DNA of 64,000 nucleotides from Owenia fusiformis (Eukaryota): NCBI GenBank assembly GCA_903813345.2, contig CAIIXF020000001.1, positions 28,644,001 to 28,708,000 of the forward strand, read 5' to 3'. Shown piece by piece: positions 41,401 to 53,230 of this stretch (position 1 is its first letter; each line of letters starts with the position of its first letter). The notes under the pieces were generated by a model. It saw only the letters and a program-made list of their open reading frames with translations, ran no database searches and was not told where the DNA came from. The position numbers and the translations under genes were made by a program.

Positions 41401-44400
41401 AATGATAAAGATTTGAATATTTCACTCAATATATATTGTCAAGTGGCATCAATATCAACTTCTTATCAACATCTGATGTCGTGATATTCTTAGAAACTGA
41501 TGTCGTGAATTAATGTAGTTCTTGTTGTTATTGACCATTCCAGATTAGAAAGTTGAAAGATTATTTATATTCTTAAGATACATTCAATAGATTTTTCTGT
41601 CAAACTTCTGGAACCTTCCAGAATAATGACTCATCGCTATAATCTGTTTTTGAAAAAAGGGATTAACACTGTAAACAAAAGATGTTCTAGAATATGAAGG
41701 ATTAACATTGTGATGACACAATTAAATGTCAACATTCAATTATTACATTAAAAGACCATTATTGTTGAAATCAAGTATAGTAAGATCAAATGGTCAATTC
41801 AATATAGGACTTAAATAAATAAACCTTTTCAACGGTCAATTCAATATAGGACTTAAATAAATAAACCTTTTCATCTGTACACATATTTAATCCAAAATCC
41901 AGTTCTCTTTCCTTTTATGCGAACAGTATTTGTTTGACCAGCTCAATAGGATTATTGATTCTTTTCAATGTTGGGTTAATATTGAAAGTAGAATTGTAAA
42001 CACTGTTAATGGATGATACCAAATTTAAAATAATATTAAAAGGATTTATTTTGTACTTTACTATTCAGTCCAAGAAATACATTTCTCACCCATTTAAGAT
42101 AACAATGATGTCATGCGCATCTTATCTATCATTTTCCACATTTAAGATGAAAGCCCCATCCAATTAATTTATCTCCTAATCCCCATCCAATTAATTTATC
42201 TCCTGCTCATCAATATCTCCTGCTCATCTTTATCTCTCAGAGATTTTGAAAGCCCCGGGCCCGTGGCGGCCCGTGGCGAGCCAGCACACCCAGTTTTCTA
42301 TCTACTTCTCTGAGTGTGATGTAAAGTTTATAGGTGCAAACCACAAAGTTAATGCATTAAACTAGTCAATGTTTGATATGACCCCCTTTTCTTAAATATA
42401 CACTTGTCAATTTCGCAGCTACTTTTTCAAGTATTCTTTATTTCAAAGCTTTAATGAACATGTTGATTGGAAAGAAAGGACATAACATGTCAGAGGTGAG
42501 TGATTGCATAAAGTAGCGGTCACACTAGCCGTGTAGGCTCACCGTTCGCCACCGTTTGGCTAATTATGGCCAGACGGCGACGGCCGCATTGTTTTTATAC
42601 ATTTTTGACCGGGACTATACCGTTCTATTCCGGGTCTGTACCGGCTTCTCATCGGCCTTGTACCGAAATTACCGTGTTTCAGAATTCTTGCTAACCGTTC
42701 TCGCCGTGTTCTCAACTGGCGCATACCATCCCCTCACCAGATTTTCACCGGCCGGAACGCCTGGATATCGGCCGAACCGCCTTGATGGCGTCATGCAAAC
42801 GCTCACAATATTTAATATGTTCAATATAAAGTAGCGGTCACACTAGCCGTGTAGGCTCACCGTTCGCCACCGTTTGGCTAATTATGGCCAGACGGCGACG
42901 GCCGCATTGTTTTTATACATTTTTGACCGGGACTATACCGTTCTATTCCGGGTCTGTACCGGCTTCTCATCGGCCTTGTACCGGACTTACCGTGTTTCAG
43001 AATTCTTGCTTACCGTTCTCGCCGTGTTCTCAACTGGCGCATACCATCCCCTCACCAGGTTTTCACCGGCCGGAACGCCTGGATATCGGCCGAACCGCCT
43101 TGATGGCGTCATGCAAACGCTCACAATATTTAGCTCACTTTTTGGTATGTATGCTCAACCATCCACGTGTTCAAAGCTAAATGATTTATATAATTAATTT
43201 GCTTATACATCTTAATTATGTTCAATAACATTACAAGTTTGTCTATATTTAACTGTACAATGTGGCCACATAGCTTGTCCATCCTGTAAGCAGCTAGTTG
43301 GGTCAACCGAGTTAAGTCTTTCTCTGTAATAGTTAGTATGTTTATTCCATGAAAATACGTTGAAAATGAATAGGTCTCGAGAACCTGTGACCAACTTTGG
43401 TAGACAAACATGCAATATCTATATTTCATCCGACCATATCACGTTTTACGTTTTTACTATACGTTTTGAAACTAATTGCTCTGAGGGGTAACTATTTGTT
43501 TTGACATTACATTTTACGCAAAGCGTTATTGGAAGGTACAGATTGAACCTTTACTCCCCTCCAACGTTTAGAAATATTTTTCCTCATTAAAATGGAGGGA
43601 TTCGAAGTGAACTGTACTCGAATTGGAATTGAAGTCAGTTTATTGAATCACTAATAAAAATATGCCAAATCTTATTTGATTTCGAAAAAAGACGGCGGTG
43701 TTTTATATTATTTGTATAACGTTTTGTAAAACGGCAACTACATATATTTTGTGATAATTGCGTCAACGTATATATTACAGGTCTTAGACCTGCGTCGTTT
43801 GAGTTATATACCAAAAAATATTGACTTTTGCACGCTGGTGACGTCGCGCCTTTTTAAATTAATCGAATAACTCAGAAGGGTATCACTCGAAAATTCACGG
43901 TTCACATCTTTGTTATACCGTAGCTTAATCATTAAGGGATTAATGGGTGAACGTTAAGTTGTCATGAACATGAATATTGCAGTTTTATTGAATTTTCTGA
44001 CAGAAATCGGCTCTTCCTCCACCCTATTAATTTTTTCTTATATAATTGGTCGTGTAAATGAGAAATAAAGCTTTCACAACTTTTTGATGGACGGTAACGT
44101 GAACAGAAAGATCACGTAAAATGCATAAAACAGTTGATAGTTCGAAGTTTGGCTTATAATGCTAACTGGACATTTATTTTCACTTTTATTTGAGCTTTAA
44201 TCATTTTTGCAATTTATTTATTTTCTTCGTGTATGATAAAAGAAATATATTTGTAACTTGTTTTTCTCAGTGTCTTCAAAAGAATCTCTGTCAAAGTGGT
44301 TTGAGTGGATTTGTGGCTTCAAAGTACAAATGAGAAAGTCGAAGAATTGATGTCTCGAGTTACGGGACAAAACCTTGGACAATACCTGAATATTTAAATA

Positions 44401-47400
44401 AACTGGAGGCAAAATTGTTGAAACGGCAGAACACGGTGACAACACTGCGTCACGAGGCGGTACAATTGCGAGTTCACGGTAATAGGATGTTTAGAGGATG
44501 TTATGGAGCAGTTATAAGGCCGTTAACACGTTAATGGGCTGTTACCTAAGCGTTAAGCGGCTGGTACCGTGAAAACCCTTTTTATGTGACCTTTCAAACC
44601 CCCGTTTGAACCTCGTTTATCGGACGGTACCCAAGCGGTACACTCTCGTTCGCAGCCCGTCACTGATAGAGTCAACGTCCACCATCGTCCCATTACCGCT
44701 CTGCGAACGTGTCCTTAACGGCTGCACCGTCCTTATACCATTCCCGTGCCGCTATCACCGTTCGCAACCGAACGTTACTCAAACGGGAAAAGTTTTGAGC
44801 ATGTTCAAAAAATTTGCCGGGTGTGGATGGACGGCAACGTTCCCTGAACGTTTCTCAACAGGCGGGAAACGACCCACCGTGTGGCCATACCGTGCACCGC
44901 CGTCTGGCCATAATTAGCCACACGGTGGCGAACGGTGAGCCTACACGGCTAGTGTGACCGCTACTTAACATTACAAGTTTGTCTATATTTAACTGTACAG
45001 TGTGGCCACATAGCTTGTCCATCCTGTAAGCAGCTAGTTGGGTCAACCGAGTTAAGTCTTTCTCTGTAATAGTTACATGTATTATGTTTATTCCATGAAA
45101 ATACGTTGAAAATGAATAGGTCTCGAGAACTTGACCAATTTTGGTAGACAAACATGCAATATCTATATTTCATCCGACCATATCACGTTTTAGGTTTTTA
45201 CTGGAGAGGTTAAGCTACCGTATAAAATCCAAAACGCAACTTAAACGTATCAATCGGCCCTATACAAATACATGTAGAGTTCACACATAAATAGCCGTTC
45301 AGCTCTAGTGTTTGTTTAGACTACACCATAGCTTGTAATGATTACATAGTATCCCATTGATGAAGTTCAATAGCTGGTTTTCTAATACATATTTTAAACG
45401 AGCTCGTTTCGTAAGATTATTGGAGTTAAATCATGCGTAACATACAGTACATTCATCTTCTTCAGAAAGAAGTATACTCTGCATCGAAATCAAAATTGCA
45501 AGGATAGTATTCAACAGACATGAGTATAATGATTCCCGTTGATAGCAACGCGAAATTTAAAATCTCCCGTTCTAAACACGCAACTTTGAAGTTGAACGGG
45601 TATCTGAAGTAGACTAAAGCGATACAATCCTATGTTGATTCAATATACTTTGCGTTAACGTATACGTTTTGAAAAACCGTATTTGCTTAACCTCTCCACT
45701 ATACGTTTTGAAACTAATTGCTCTGAGGGGTAACTATTTGTTTTGACATTACATTTTACGCAAAGCGTTATTGAAAGGTACAGATTGAACCTTTACTCCC
45801 CTCCAACGTTTAGAAATATTTTTCCTCATTAAAATGGAGGGATTCGAAGTGAACTGTACTCGAATTGGAATTGACGTCAGTTTATTGAATCACTAATAAA
45901 AATATGCCAAATCTTATTTGATTTCGAAAAAAGACGGCGGTGTTTTATATTATTTTTATAACGTTTTGTAAAACGGCAACTACATATATTTTGTGATAAT
46001 TGCGTCAACGTATATATTACAGGTCTTAGACCTGCGTCGTTTGAGTTATATACCAAAAAATATTGACTTTTTGCACGCTGGTGACGTCGCGCCTTTTTAA
46101 ATTAATCGAATAACTCAGAAGGGTATCACTCGAAAATTCACGGTTCACATCTTTGTTATACCGTAGCTTAATCATTAAGGGATTAATGGGTGAACGTTAA
46201 GTTGTCATGAACATGAATATTGCAGTTTTATTGAATTTTCTGACAGATATCGGCTCTTCCTCCACCCTATTAATTTTTTCTTATATAATTGGTCGTGTAA
46301 ATGAGAAATAAAGGTTTCACAACTTTTTGATGGACGGTAACGTGAACAGAAAGATCACGTAAAATGCATAAAACAGTTGATAGTTCGAAGTTTGGCTTAT
46401 AATGCTAACTGGACATTTATTTTCACTTTTATATATATATATATTTGTAACTTGTTTTTCTCAGTGTCTTCAAAAGAATCTCTGTCAAAGTGGTTTGAGT
46501 GGATTTGTGGCTTCAAAGTACAAATGAGAAAGTTGAAGAATTGATGTCTCGAGTTACGGGACAAAACCTTGTACAATACCTGAATATTTAAATAAACTGG
46601 AGGCAAAATTGTTGAAACGGCAGAACACGGTGACAACACTGCGTCACGAGGCGGTACAATTGCGAGTTCACGGTAATAGGATGTTTAGAGGATGTTATGG
46701 AGCAGTTATAAGGCCGTTAACACGTTAATGGACTGTTACCTAAGCGTTAAGCGGCTGGTACCGTGAAAACCCTTTTTATGTGACCTTTCAAACCCCCGTT
46801 TGAACCTCGTTTATCGGACGGTACCCAAGCGGTACACTCTCGTTCGCAGCCCGTCACTGATAGAGTCAACGTCCACCATCGTCCCATTACCGCTCTGCGA
46901 ACGTGTCCTTAACGGCCGCACCGTCCTTATACCATTCCCGTACCGCTATCACCGTTCGCAACCGAACGTTACTCAAACGGGAAAAGTTTTGAGCATGCTC
47001 AAAAAATTCGCCGGGTGTGGATGGACGGCAACGTTCCTTGAACGTTTCTCAACGGGCGGGAAACGACCCACCGTGTGGCCATACCGTGCACCGCCGTCTG
47101 GCCATAATTAGCCACACGGTGGCGAACGGTGAGCCTACACGGCTAGTGTGACCGCTACTTAACCCATACAGCTACTAAAGTAGCGGTCACACTAGCCGTG
47201 TAGGCTCACCGTTCGCCACCGTTTGGCTAATTATGGCCAGACGGCGACGGCCGCATTGTTTTTATACATTTTTGACCGGGACTATACCGTTCTATTCCGG
47301 GTCTGTACCGGCTTCTCATCGGCCTTGTACCGGACTTACCGTGTTTCAGATTTCTTGCTTACCGTTCTCGCCGTGTTCTCAACTGGCGCATACCATCCCC

Positions 47401-50400
47401 TCACCAGGTTTTCACCGGCCGGAACGCCTGGATATCGGCCGAACCGCCTTGATGGCGTCATGCAAACGCTCACAATATTTAACTCACTTTTTGGAATGTA
47501 TGCTCAACCATCCACGTGTTCAAAGCTAAATGATTTATATAATTAATTTGCTTATACATCTTAATTATGTTCAATAACATTACAAGTTTGTCTATATTTA
47601 ACTGTACAATGTGGCCACATAGCTTGTCCATCCTGTAAGCAGCTAGTTGGGTTAACCGAGTTAAGTCTTTCTCTGTAATAGTTAGTATGTTTATTCCATG
47701 AAAATACGTTGAAAATGAATAGGTCTCGAGAACCTGACCAACTTTGGTAGACAAACATGCAATATCTATATTTCATCCGACCATATCACGTTTTACGTTT
47801 TTACTATACGTTTTGAAACTAATTGCTCTGAGGGGTAACTATTTGTTTTGACATTACATTTTACGCAAAGCGTTATTGGAAGGTACAGATTGAACCTTTA
47901 CTCCCCTCCAACGTTTAGAAATATTTTTCCTCATTAAAATGGAGGGATTCGAAGTGAACTGTACTCGAATTGGAATTGAAGTCAGTTTATTGAATCACTA
48001 ATAAAAATATGCCAAATCTTATTTGATTTCGAAAAAAGACGGCGGTGTTTTATATTATTTTTATAACGTTTTGTAAAACGGCAACTACATATATTTTGTG
48101 ATAATTGCGTCAACGTATATATTACAGGTCTTAGACCTGCGTCGTTTGAGTTATATACCAAAAAATATTGACTTTTTGCACGCTGGTGACGTCGCGCCTT
48201 TTTAAATTAATCGAATAACTCAGAAGGGTATCACTCGAAAATTCACGGAAGACTTCACATCTTTGTTATACCGTAGTTTAATCATTAAGGGATTAATGGG
48301 TGAACGTTAAGTTGTCATGAACATGAATATTGCAGTTTTATTGAATTTTCTGACAGAAATCGGCTCTTCCTCCACCCTATTAATTTTTAATTAATGAGAA
48401 ATAAAGCTTTCACAACTTTTTGATGGACGGTAACGTGAACAGAAAGATCACGTAAAATGCATAAAACAGTTGATAGTTCGAAGTTTGGCTTATAATGCTA
48501 ACTGGACATTTATTTTCACTTTTATTTGAGCTTTAATCATTTTTGCAATTTATTTATTTTCTTCGTGTATGATAAAAGAAATATATTTGTAACTTGTTTT
48601 TCTCAGTGTCTTCAAAAGAATCTCTGTCAAAGTGGTTTGAGTGGATTTGTGGCTTCAAAGTACAAATGAGAAAGTCGAAAAATTGATGTCTCGAGTTACG
48701 GGACAAAACCTTGGACAATACCTGAATATTTAAATAAACTGGAGGCAAAATTGTTGAAACGGCAGAACACGGTGACAACACTGCGTCACGAGGCGGTACA
48801 ATTGCGAGTTCACGGTATTAGGATGTTTAGAGGATGTTATGGAGCAGTTATAAGGCCGTTAACACGTTAATGGACTGTTACCTAAGCGTTAAGCGGCTGG
48901 TACCGTGAAAACCCTTTTTATGTGACCTTTCAAACCCCCGTTTGAACCTCGTTTATCGGACGGTACCCAAGCGGTACACTCTCGTTCGCAGCCCGTCACT
49001 GATAGAGTCAACGTCCACCATCGTCCCATTACCGCTCTGCGAACGTGTCCTTAACGGCTGCACCGTCCTTATACCATTCCCGTACCGCTATCACCGTTCG
49101 CAACCGAACGTTACTCAAACGGGAAAAGTTTTGAGCATGCTCAAAAAATTCGCCGGGTGTGGATGGACGGCAACGTTCCCTGAACGTTTCTCAACGGGCG
49201 GGAAACGACCCACCGTGTGGCCATACCGTGCACCGCCGTCTGGCCATAATTAGCCACACGGTGGCGAACGGTGAGCCTACACGGCTAGTGTGACCGCTAC
49301 TTAAAGTGAGATACCGTTCACTCGGGTCCCGCCTATGAACGCAGTGAAGACCGAGCGTGCGAAGATGGTAGAGGGAAAACTGACCAGTTATTTACAAGGC
49401 TTTATTAAAGACCACCTCCAATCACATATAATATAATATATCATGTTCTGGGAAACTCCTTTATGATATTGATATACATATATTGATATATTCAATGAAT
49501 ATTATTAATATTAGAACAAGAAATGGGGGGGGGGTTCATTTACCAGTCAAAACAGACTGCCCTGGCCTCTTTCTGGAGAATATTCAATCAGTAATATATC
49601 CAACAATATAATAGCCATCAAAATATGCTTGATACCCATCAATTTGGGTAAAAAAATGTTGAATACGTTCATATATTTGATCTTCCAAGGCAAACATATA
49701 AGTAGTTTGTTCAAGCTGAATTTTTTAATCACGATGGCTTGGACAAAATCAAACGAACAGCAAAGTGAATGAATCATTTCAAAACTGAGTCCCAGGCTTC
49801 AACTTGTAATTCAGGAGAAAGTGGGTCATATCAAACATTCTCTAGTTTAATGCATTAACTTTGTTGTTTGCACCTATAAACTTTACATCAGATAAATAAG
49901 TGATTGTACAATACTCAGTAAAATTTTGGTGCACTTTAGAGAAAAAATAACGATTTTGAGCTCAATTATCAAATGTTCCAATTTTTTGGACCACCCTGTA
50001 GTGCGAAGATCACATTAAAATATAAAAATAAGTAGGTTCGCCCTATACCAGTTTACTTAAAGAACACGGTCACCTTGGTTATTGAGACAGGTGTATACTT
50101 TGGAAGATCGAGATAAGATACTATTCTTTTTATTTTTAAGTCACGTTTTAGTCCTAAATTTTCCTCTGACGGGTTCATGTTTCATTTTTACACTGCATTC
50201 TTAAATTCATCGCATTTCCTTACCATGGTTACCACAGCAATATTAAACTAAGGGGTTGTCATGGCAATCCATGATACACTAACTGTACACTGAGTCCATA
50301 CTATACTTCACTTGCTATAATAACCCAAGGAGACACTTACGTATTTTCCAAATGTGAATTCATCTCCAGCACCAATTTTAAGGTCTCCCTCAGCAGTGCT

Positions 50401-52068
50401 GACTTTGGCTATTGCTGTCTTGCACCCAGTCTTCTTCTTAAGCATACCAGACCCAGTAACATGGTCAGCGTGGACGTGTGTGTTGACTAAAATTATAATG
50501 GACTAATAATATATTACATTCAACCGCCAGCTGTCGGCTGACGGTTTAATCCGCTATTTTATGGCCAACTAGTTTAAATATGAGTAGTGCCTGCTACTGT
50601 TCATATTCATATTTCAAGGAGTTGGTCATGAAATATCGGATTAAATCGTCAGCCAACAGCCGGCGGTTGAATTCGCTAATGCTAGCTTAGTTATACACAT
50701 TCCCTAGATAGATCATCTATGAACAGAGCACATTAGAATAACTAAATAACTTAGGAGAGTAGATGGTAACGGATTGGTGGTATGGAGACGTTTCATCTGA
50801 TGAAGAGAAAGAAATGATTTGAAAGAAATCGTAGGGCTCACTCACTTGCATATAAAAGTTTCAGCCCTAGCCCTTCTAATTGTTCGATATCTCTGTCAAC
50901 CTTGAAAGAGATCATATACATACAATCCGAAATATATTACGTTTTCAAAGAAATGATTTTTGACTTCCATAAGAAATTAAAGATTGGGGTCTAGCGACTT
51001 GACATATAAACATATGATTTTTGTTTGTTTCATCTACAGTGTTCAATCAATACGAAAGGGGAAATTCAGAATAGCCCACTCAATATATTCTCTTTGGTAT
51101 AAAATGTATGGCAAACATACGATATTTTAACAATAGTCTCAGTAACAGTTTCTCACCATTTCAATGACTGGATCTATGACGATAGCTTCTTTTGTGCCAC
51201 CGTCTGCCAGTAAATATGTGTACGTGCATGACTCCCTATCGAAAAGCTGAAAATAAAAATGGACTTTTCAACGACCAAAATGTTTTCTTATATATACAGT
51301 TTGATAATTAACCACATTTGCTTAAGACTTCTAGCCCAGCCCTCGGACGTATAGTGCAAGGGAATGAAACTATAAGTCTGGCAAACCCCAAAATAGACAA
51401 TCAAGGGACCACTTTATGGTACATATGTATAACTCACTCAATTAATTTAATTCATTTAATTTATATTCATTTCAAAACGCTAGCCTGTAATGCACATTGC
51501 GCTAGGTAGCGACCTGTGTAACTCTTTTGACTACAATATGATTGAAATAAATGTATAATGAACCGAACTTTATGGTAAAATACTGGTACATAATATTTAT
51601 AAAACGCTTGTATATCTTGAACGTTTGATTGTTTGTGGTTTGGCTAAGAAACTTGGAGCATCCTCGATATTTTGATGCTTCCCTGCTGATGTTATTGTTC
51701 GACCTTGATACATGTTTATTCGTCATTGGTGCAGTGGTGTTAGCTTTTTGATTTTGTTCCTTTTGCAATATTATTTATAAGCTGTTGGATTTTCCAATAT
51801 GTTCTGGGAGTTATATTTTGTGAAACGATTGGATAACCCCACTAATGTATATTTGTGGAATTTGGAGTTCCTTGTCACTAGTAGCGCCCTTAGCGACTTT
51901 ATAAATTACTACTTCTGGACAAGATAAATCTGTTAAAATGTGAAGCGATTATTAGTGATTTTGACAATGATTTAGTGACAAATTGAGGCACTCATCATAA
52001 AGGAAAACTAATCAGACGTGTAGCAATATAATATGTCCTACCTGTCTGAATATGAAGTCTGAAGACAT
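32483..52068 (-). CDS. ETHE1: Persulfide dioxygenase ETHE1. Exons 52042-52068, 51157-51246, 50846-50900, 50341-50486, 38030-38066, 35187-35279, 34930-35019, 33683-33799, 32483-32541
   Basis: In-frame GT-AG exons: [94 protein letters not shown]. Start codon uncertain. Confidence 0.95.
33018..33425. mobile_element. Palindromic MITE, Transib-like
   Basis: CACGCGG...CCGCGTG; whole element folds back; flanks ATGGA/ATGAA. Confidence 0.75.
34072..34879. mobile_element. Probable non-autonomous DNA transposon
   Basis: Imperfect TIR tgacgtgtcgcaaaaaggtggcgca / tgcgcgatctttttgcgacgtgtca. Confidence 0.45.
35311..35475. mobile_element. Short palindromic MITE; family also at ~50515-50685 and, interrupted, at ~35627-37820
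   Basis: cttgtattcgcgaatgcaactttcggc / gccgaaagttgcattcgcaaatacaag. Confidence 0.65.
35652..37103. mobile_element. Non-autonomous piggyBac-like element with ~470-bp TIRs
   Basis: TTAA on both flanks; cacgccttaccatcgcgtaagcaggcgtcaccgtacagcgtcaaaaaa and its reverse complement; arms ~35653-36120 and ~36635-37103. Confidence 0.8.
37138..37714. mobile_element. Transib-like MITE
   Basis: CACCCTATGCAG...CTGCATAGGGTG; ~135-bp TIR; exact 5-bp TSD TAAAT. Confidence 0.85.
38656..40206 (-). CDS. Polinton A32/FtsK-type DNA-packaging ATPase fused to zinc fingers and an acidic tail
   Basis: Intronless 516 aa; C2H2 [22 protein letters not shown]; Walker A GPTGCGKT; Walker [37 protein letters not shown]; second finger CDYC...H...C; AATAAA after the stop. 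Confidence 0.9.
   Translation of the reverse strand: MYYCHCGKEFRHASSLARHKGMHSALGKEDIHVGMDKVLHHPFTMLVTGPTGCGKTTFVKQLLENVEQRIQPPPQRIIWCFGQWQPLYIEIKNIHPGIEFMMGIPDELNSPDFLNPRVRNLMIVDDLMSDATKDRKISDLFTKGSHHRNLSVICLLQNIFHHGRENRTISLNTHYIVLYKNPRDQNQVRVLSQQMYPGNSHKLLDAYNAATLKPYGHLLIDLKQETPEHLRLCYDKTHQTMNEHDSSHLKGEPFTKTVQSNDIALPYDLNAIENPFKEMSQYDTSIMKPPYKFTASIKDTIPSNVMHSDNKNYNMKEICHCDYCGVMLISRMDLQNHIQNCPLNEDIDDPPMKKLCTEGFQENPVYIRLKDKAINKFKDQIEEQEAKYIDKQKGNSEYDRRYMANQKFLPKIRETFKTYYKYLVEDLLDLQCSPTHKEIMVDIQQLMSTGIPFEDAFKKTMLHHNYMTEDIINVGLYDDANVSDESYTDSSDNDEASESSDNESDETNDSASDNKD
40291..40872. repeat. Compound ATGCTA/ACAG satellite inside the mini-Polinton
   Basis: (atgcta)n interspersed with acag/atag/atggta variants over ~580 bp. 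Confidence 0.95.
40986..41360 (-). CDS. Small basic Polinton protein (124 aa), possibly core/virion-associated
   Basis: ATG in a good context (aaaccATG); QTGRG motif; [14 protein letters not shown] segment; K/R-rich C-terminus; AATAAA ~35 bp after the stop. Confidence 0.7.
   Translation of the reverse strand: MKLVPYVDNPEHWLKLIRAGRQNRLKVSQTGRGWIGIDDIKEDTKPVQIISPMTAVVDRAKAQLKRQHEDMKYEEYRPSKEKQQNSVNIKKKHPFKQKKQNTSNTRKKRTFLYKPPGIPARMDD
41531..41692 (-). promoter_or_regulatory. Putative stress-inducible promoter of the mini-Polinton
   Basis: TATAAATA (minus, 41562-41569); perfect HSE TTCtgGAAccTTCcaGAA 41606-41623; TGACTCA 41627-41633; GTAAACAA 41671-41678; TTCtaGAA 41685-41692. Confidence 0.55.
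42830..44965. mobile_element. Harbinger-like element, copy B, inserted into copy A
   Basis: Same TIRs, TAA TSD; copy A resumes at taa-cattacaag. Confidence 0.88.
45203..45697. mobile_element. 495-bp MITE inserted in copy A
   Basis: TIR ggagaggttaagc / gcttaacctctcc; TSD ACT; empty site tttttactatacg visible in copies B and C. Confidence 0.88.
47179..49301. mobile_element. Harbinger-like element, copy C
   Basis: Same TIRs, TAA TSD; starts 19 bp after copy A. Confidence 0.88.
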
Positions 52069-52837
52069 CTCTGCTCCAGTGGCCTCTATAAATTGTTTGT
52101 ACATGCAGGACAATGAATACTATCCTCTACAGTCAGGATTGGTGTCGATTTACTACCTGAACAAAAAGCAGTCACGAATATTGGTAGTATTTCTGTTAAT
52201 TTATTGACCAGAAATCATGTTACAGCTTATCATTGAATAGCCTACCAATCCAGCTGCCTACCGTTCGTTAATTGCTGTAATATATAATAACTCTGTATTT
52301 TCCTCAATCACAGGTGAGTTACATACCCTATACCAGTATATAACCACTCTCTCTTATTTAAATATGTCTCTTATATATATATATGTACATATATCATTAT
52401 CTCATGCATGTATATACCTTGAATATCGCATAAATATTTCGTGATAAGGTAAGCACGTTACCAATATTCACATAACAACAAACGTCCAATAGTTTGTCCT
52501 TGGTCGGTTCGCAATCAATACCTCCAATCCTGGTTCTGTTCCATTATGTGTAAGTTCACTGTACTTTAGCACAAATAATGTTTATTTACAAAGATATTCA
52601 GGTTACCCTGTCATACCCTGCGCGCAGAGTCTAGTTATAAACTACGAAGACGAAGCTCTCTTTTAAGAAGTGAAGTCGAACGAATGCAAAGGGTAGTTGA
52701 ACCAGCGAGATCTAAAATTTCATAATCACGTTTGATACGATGTCCCATGACCAGGTGTATACTGTGGACAACAGGAGTGCCACACGGCTAATGTGACTTA
52801 GCTACTATACAATTACTAAAGTAAAATTGCTTTGACA

Positions 52838-53230
52838 GTAAAATTCAAAATTTTTGGAACTACTTTGAATTTCAAAAATAAGCAATCAAATGACTATATT
52901 GCAACAGTATACGAAAAAGTGGAAACATATGTACAAGTCCTAACTTTTGTATATTTCAGATAGTTATGTAGTATAATGTGCAGCAAAGATGTGGCCTTTT
53001 GTAATTTAGGGAGTTTCAGTCATGTTAATATTTTCGAAAATAACATATCAGAGAAGCATCAAAATATAAGAGGCCACAGATATGATAGCTAACTACAAAA
53101 CAAACTAAAATATACAAAAGTTAGGACATGTATAAATGTTTCTATTTTTACATATCCTGTTTCAATATGGTCCTTTAATTGCTTATTTTTTAGATTCGAA
53201 GTAGTTCAAAGCATTTTAAATTTTACTTTA
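52838..53230. repeat. Degenerate foldback / old MITE upstream of ETHE1
   Basis: ~130-bp imperfect inverted arms (e.g. gtcctaacttttgtatattt / aaatatacaaaagttaggac). Confidence 0.6.

Larger units (their letters stand above)
38294..42306. mobile_element. Non-autonomous mini-Polinton/Maverick (4,013 bp)
   Basis: 223-bp TIRs (38294-38516 / 42084-42306) starting AGTAGATAG; 6-bp TSD TCTCTG; encodes an A32-like ATPase. Confidence 0.92.
42512..47159. mobile_element. Harbinger-like non-autonomous element, copy A (interrupted by copy B and a 495-bp MITE)
   Basis: ~65-bp TIR agtagcggtcacactagccgtgtaggctcaccgttcgccacc...; TAA TSD. Confidence 0.85.
38186..49998. mobile_element. Tc1/mariner-type non-autonomous element (~1 kb itself) hosting five nested insertions
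   Basis: TA|cagggtggtcca ... tggaccaccctg|TA; the left TIR (38186-38293 + 42313-42365) matches the reverse complement of 49843-49998 once the Polinton is removed. Confidence 0.85.

Noticed and set aside
42556-49253. Repeated 70-107 aa ORFs in the Harbinger-like copies
   Set aside because: Mostly non-ATG starts in GC-rich subterminal sequence with no transposase or Myb/SANT motifs; the recurrence just reflects copy identity.
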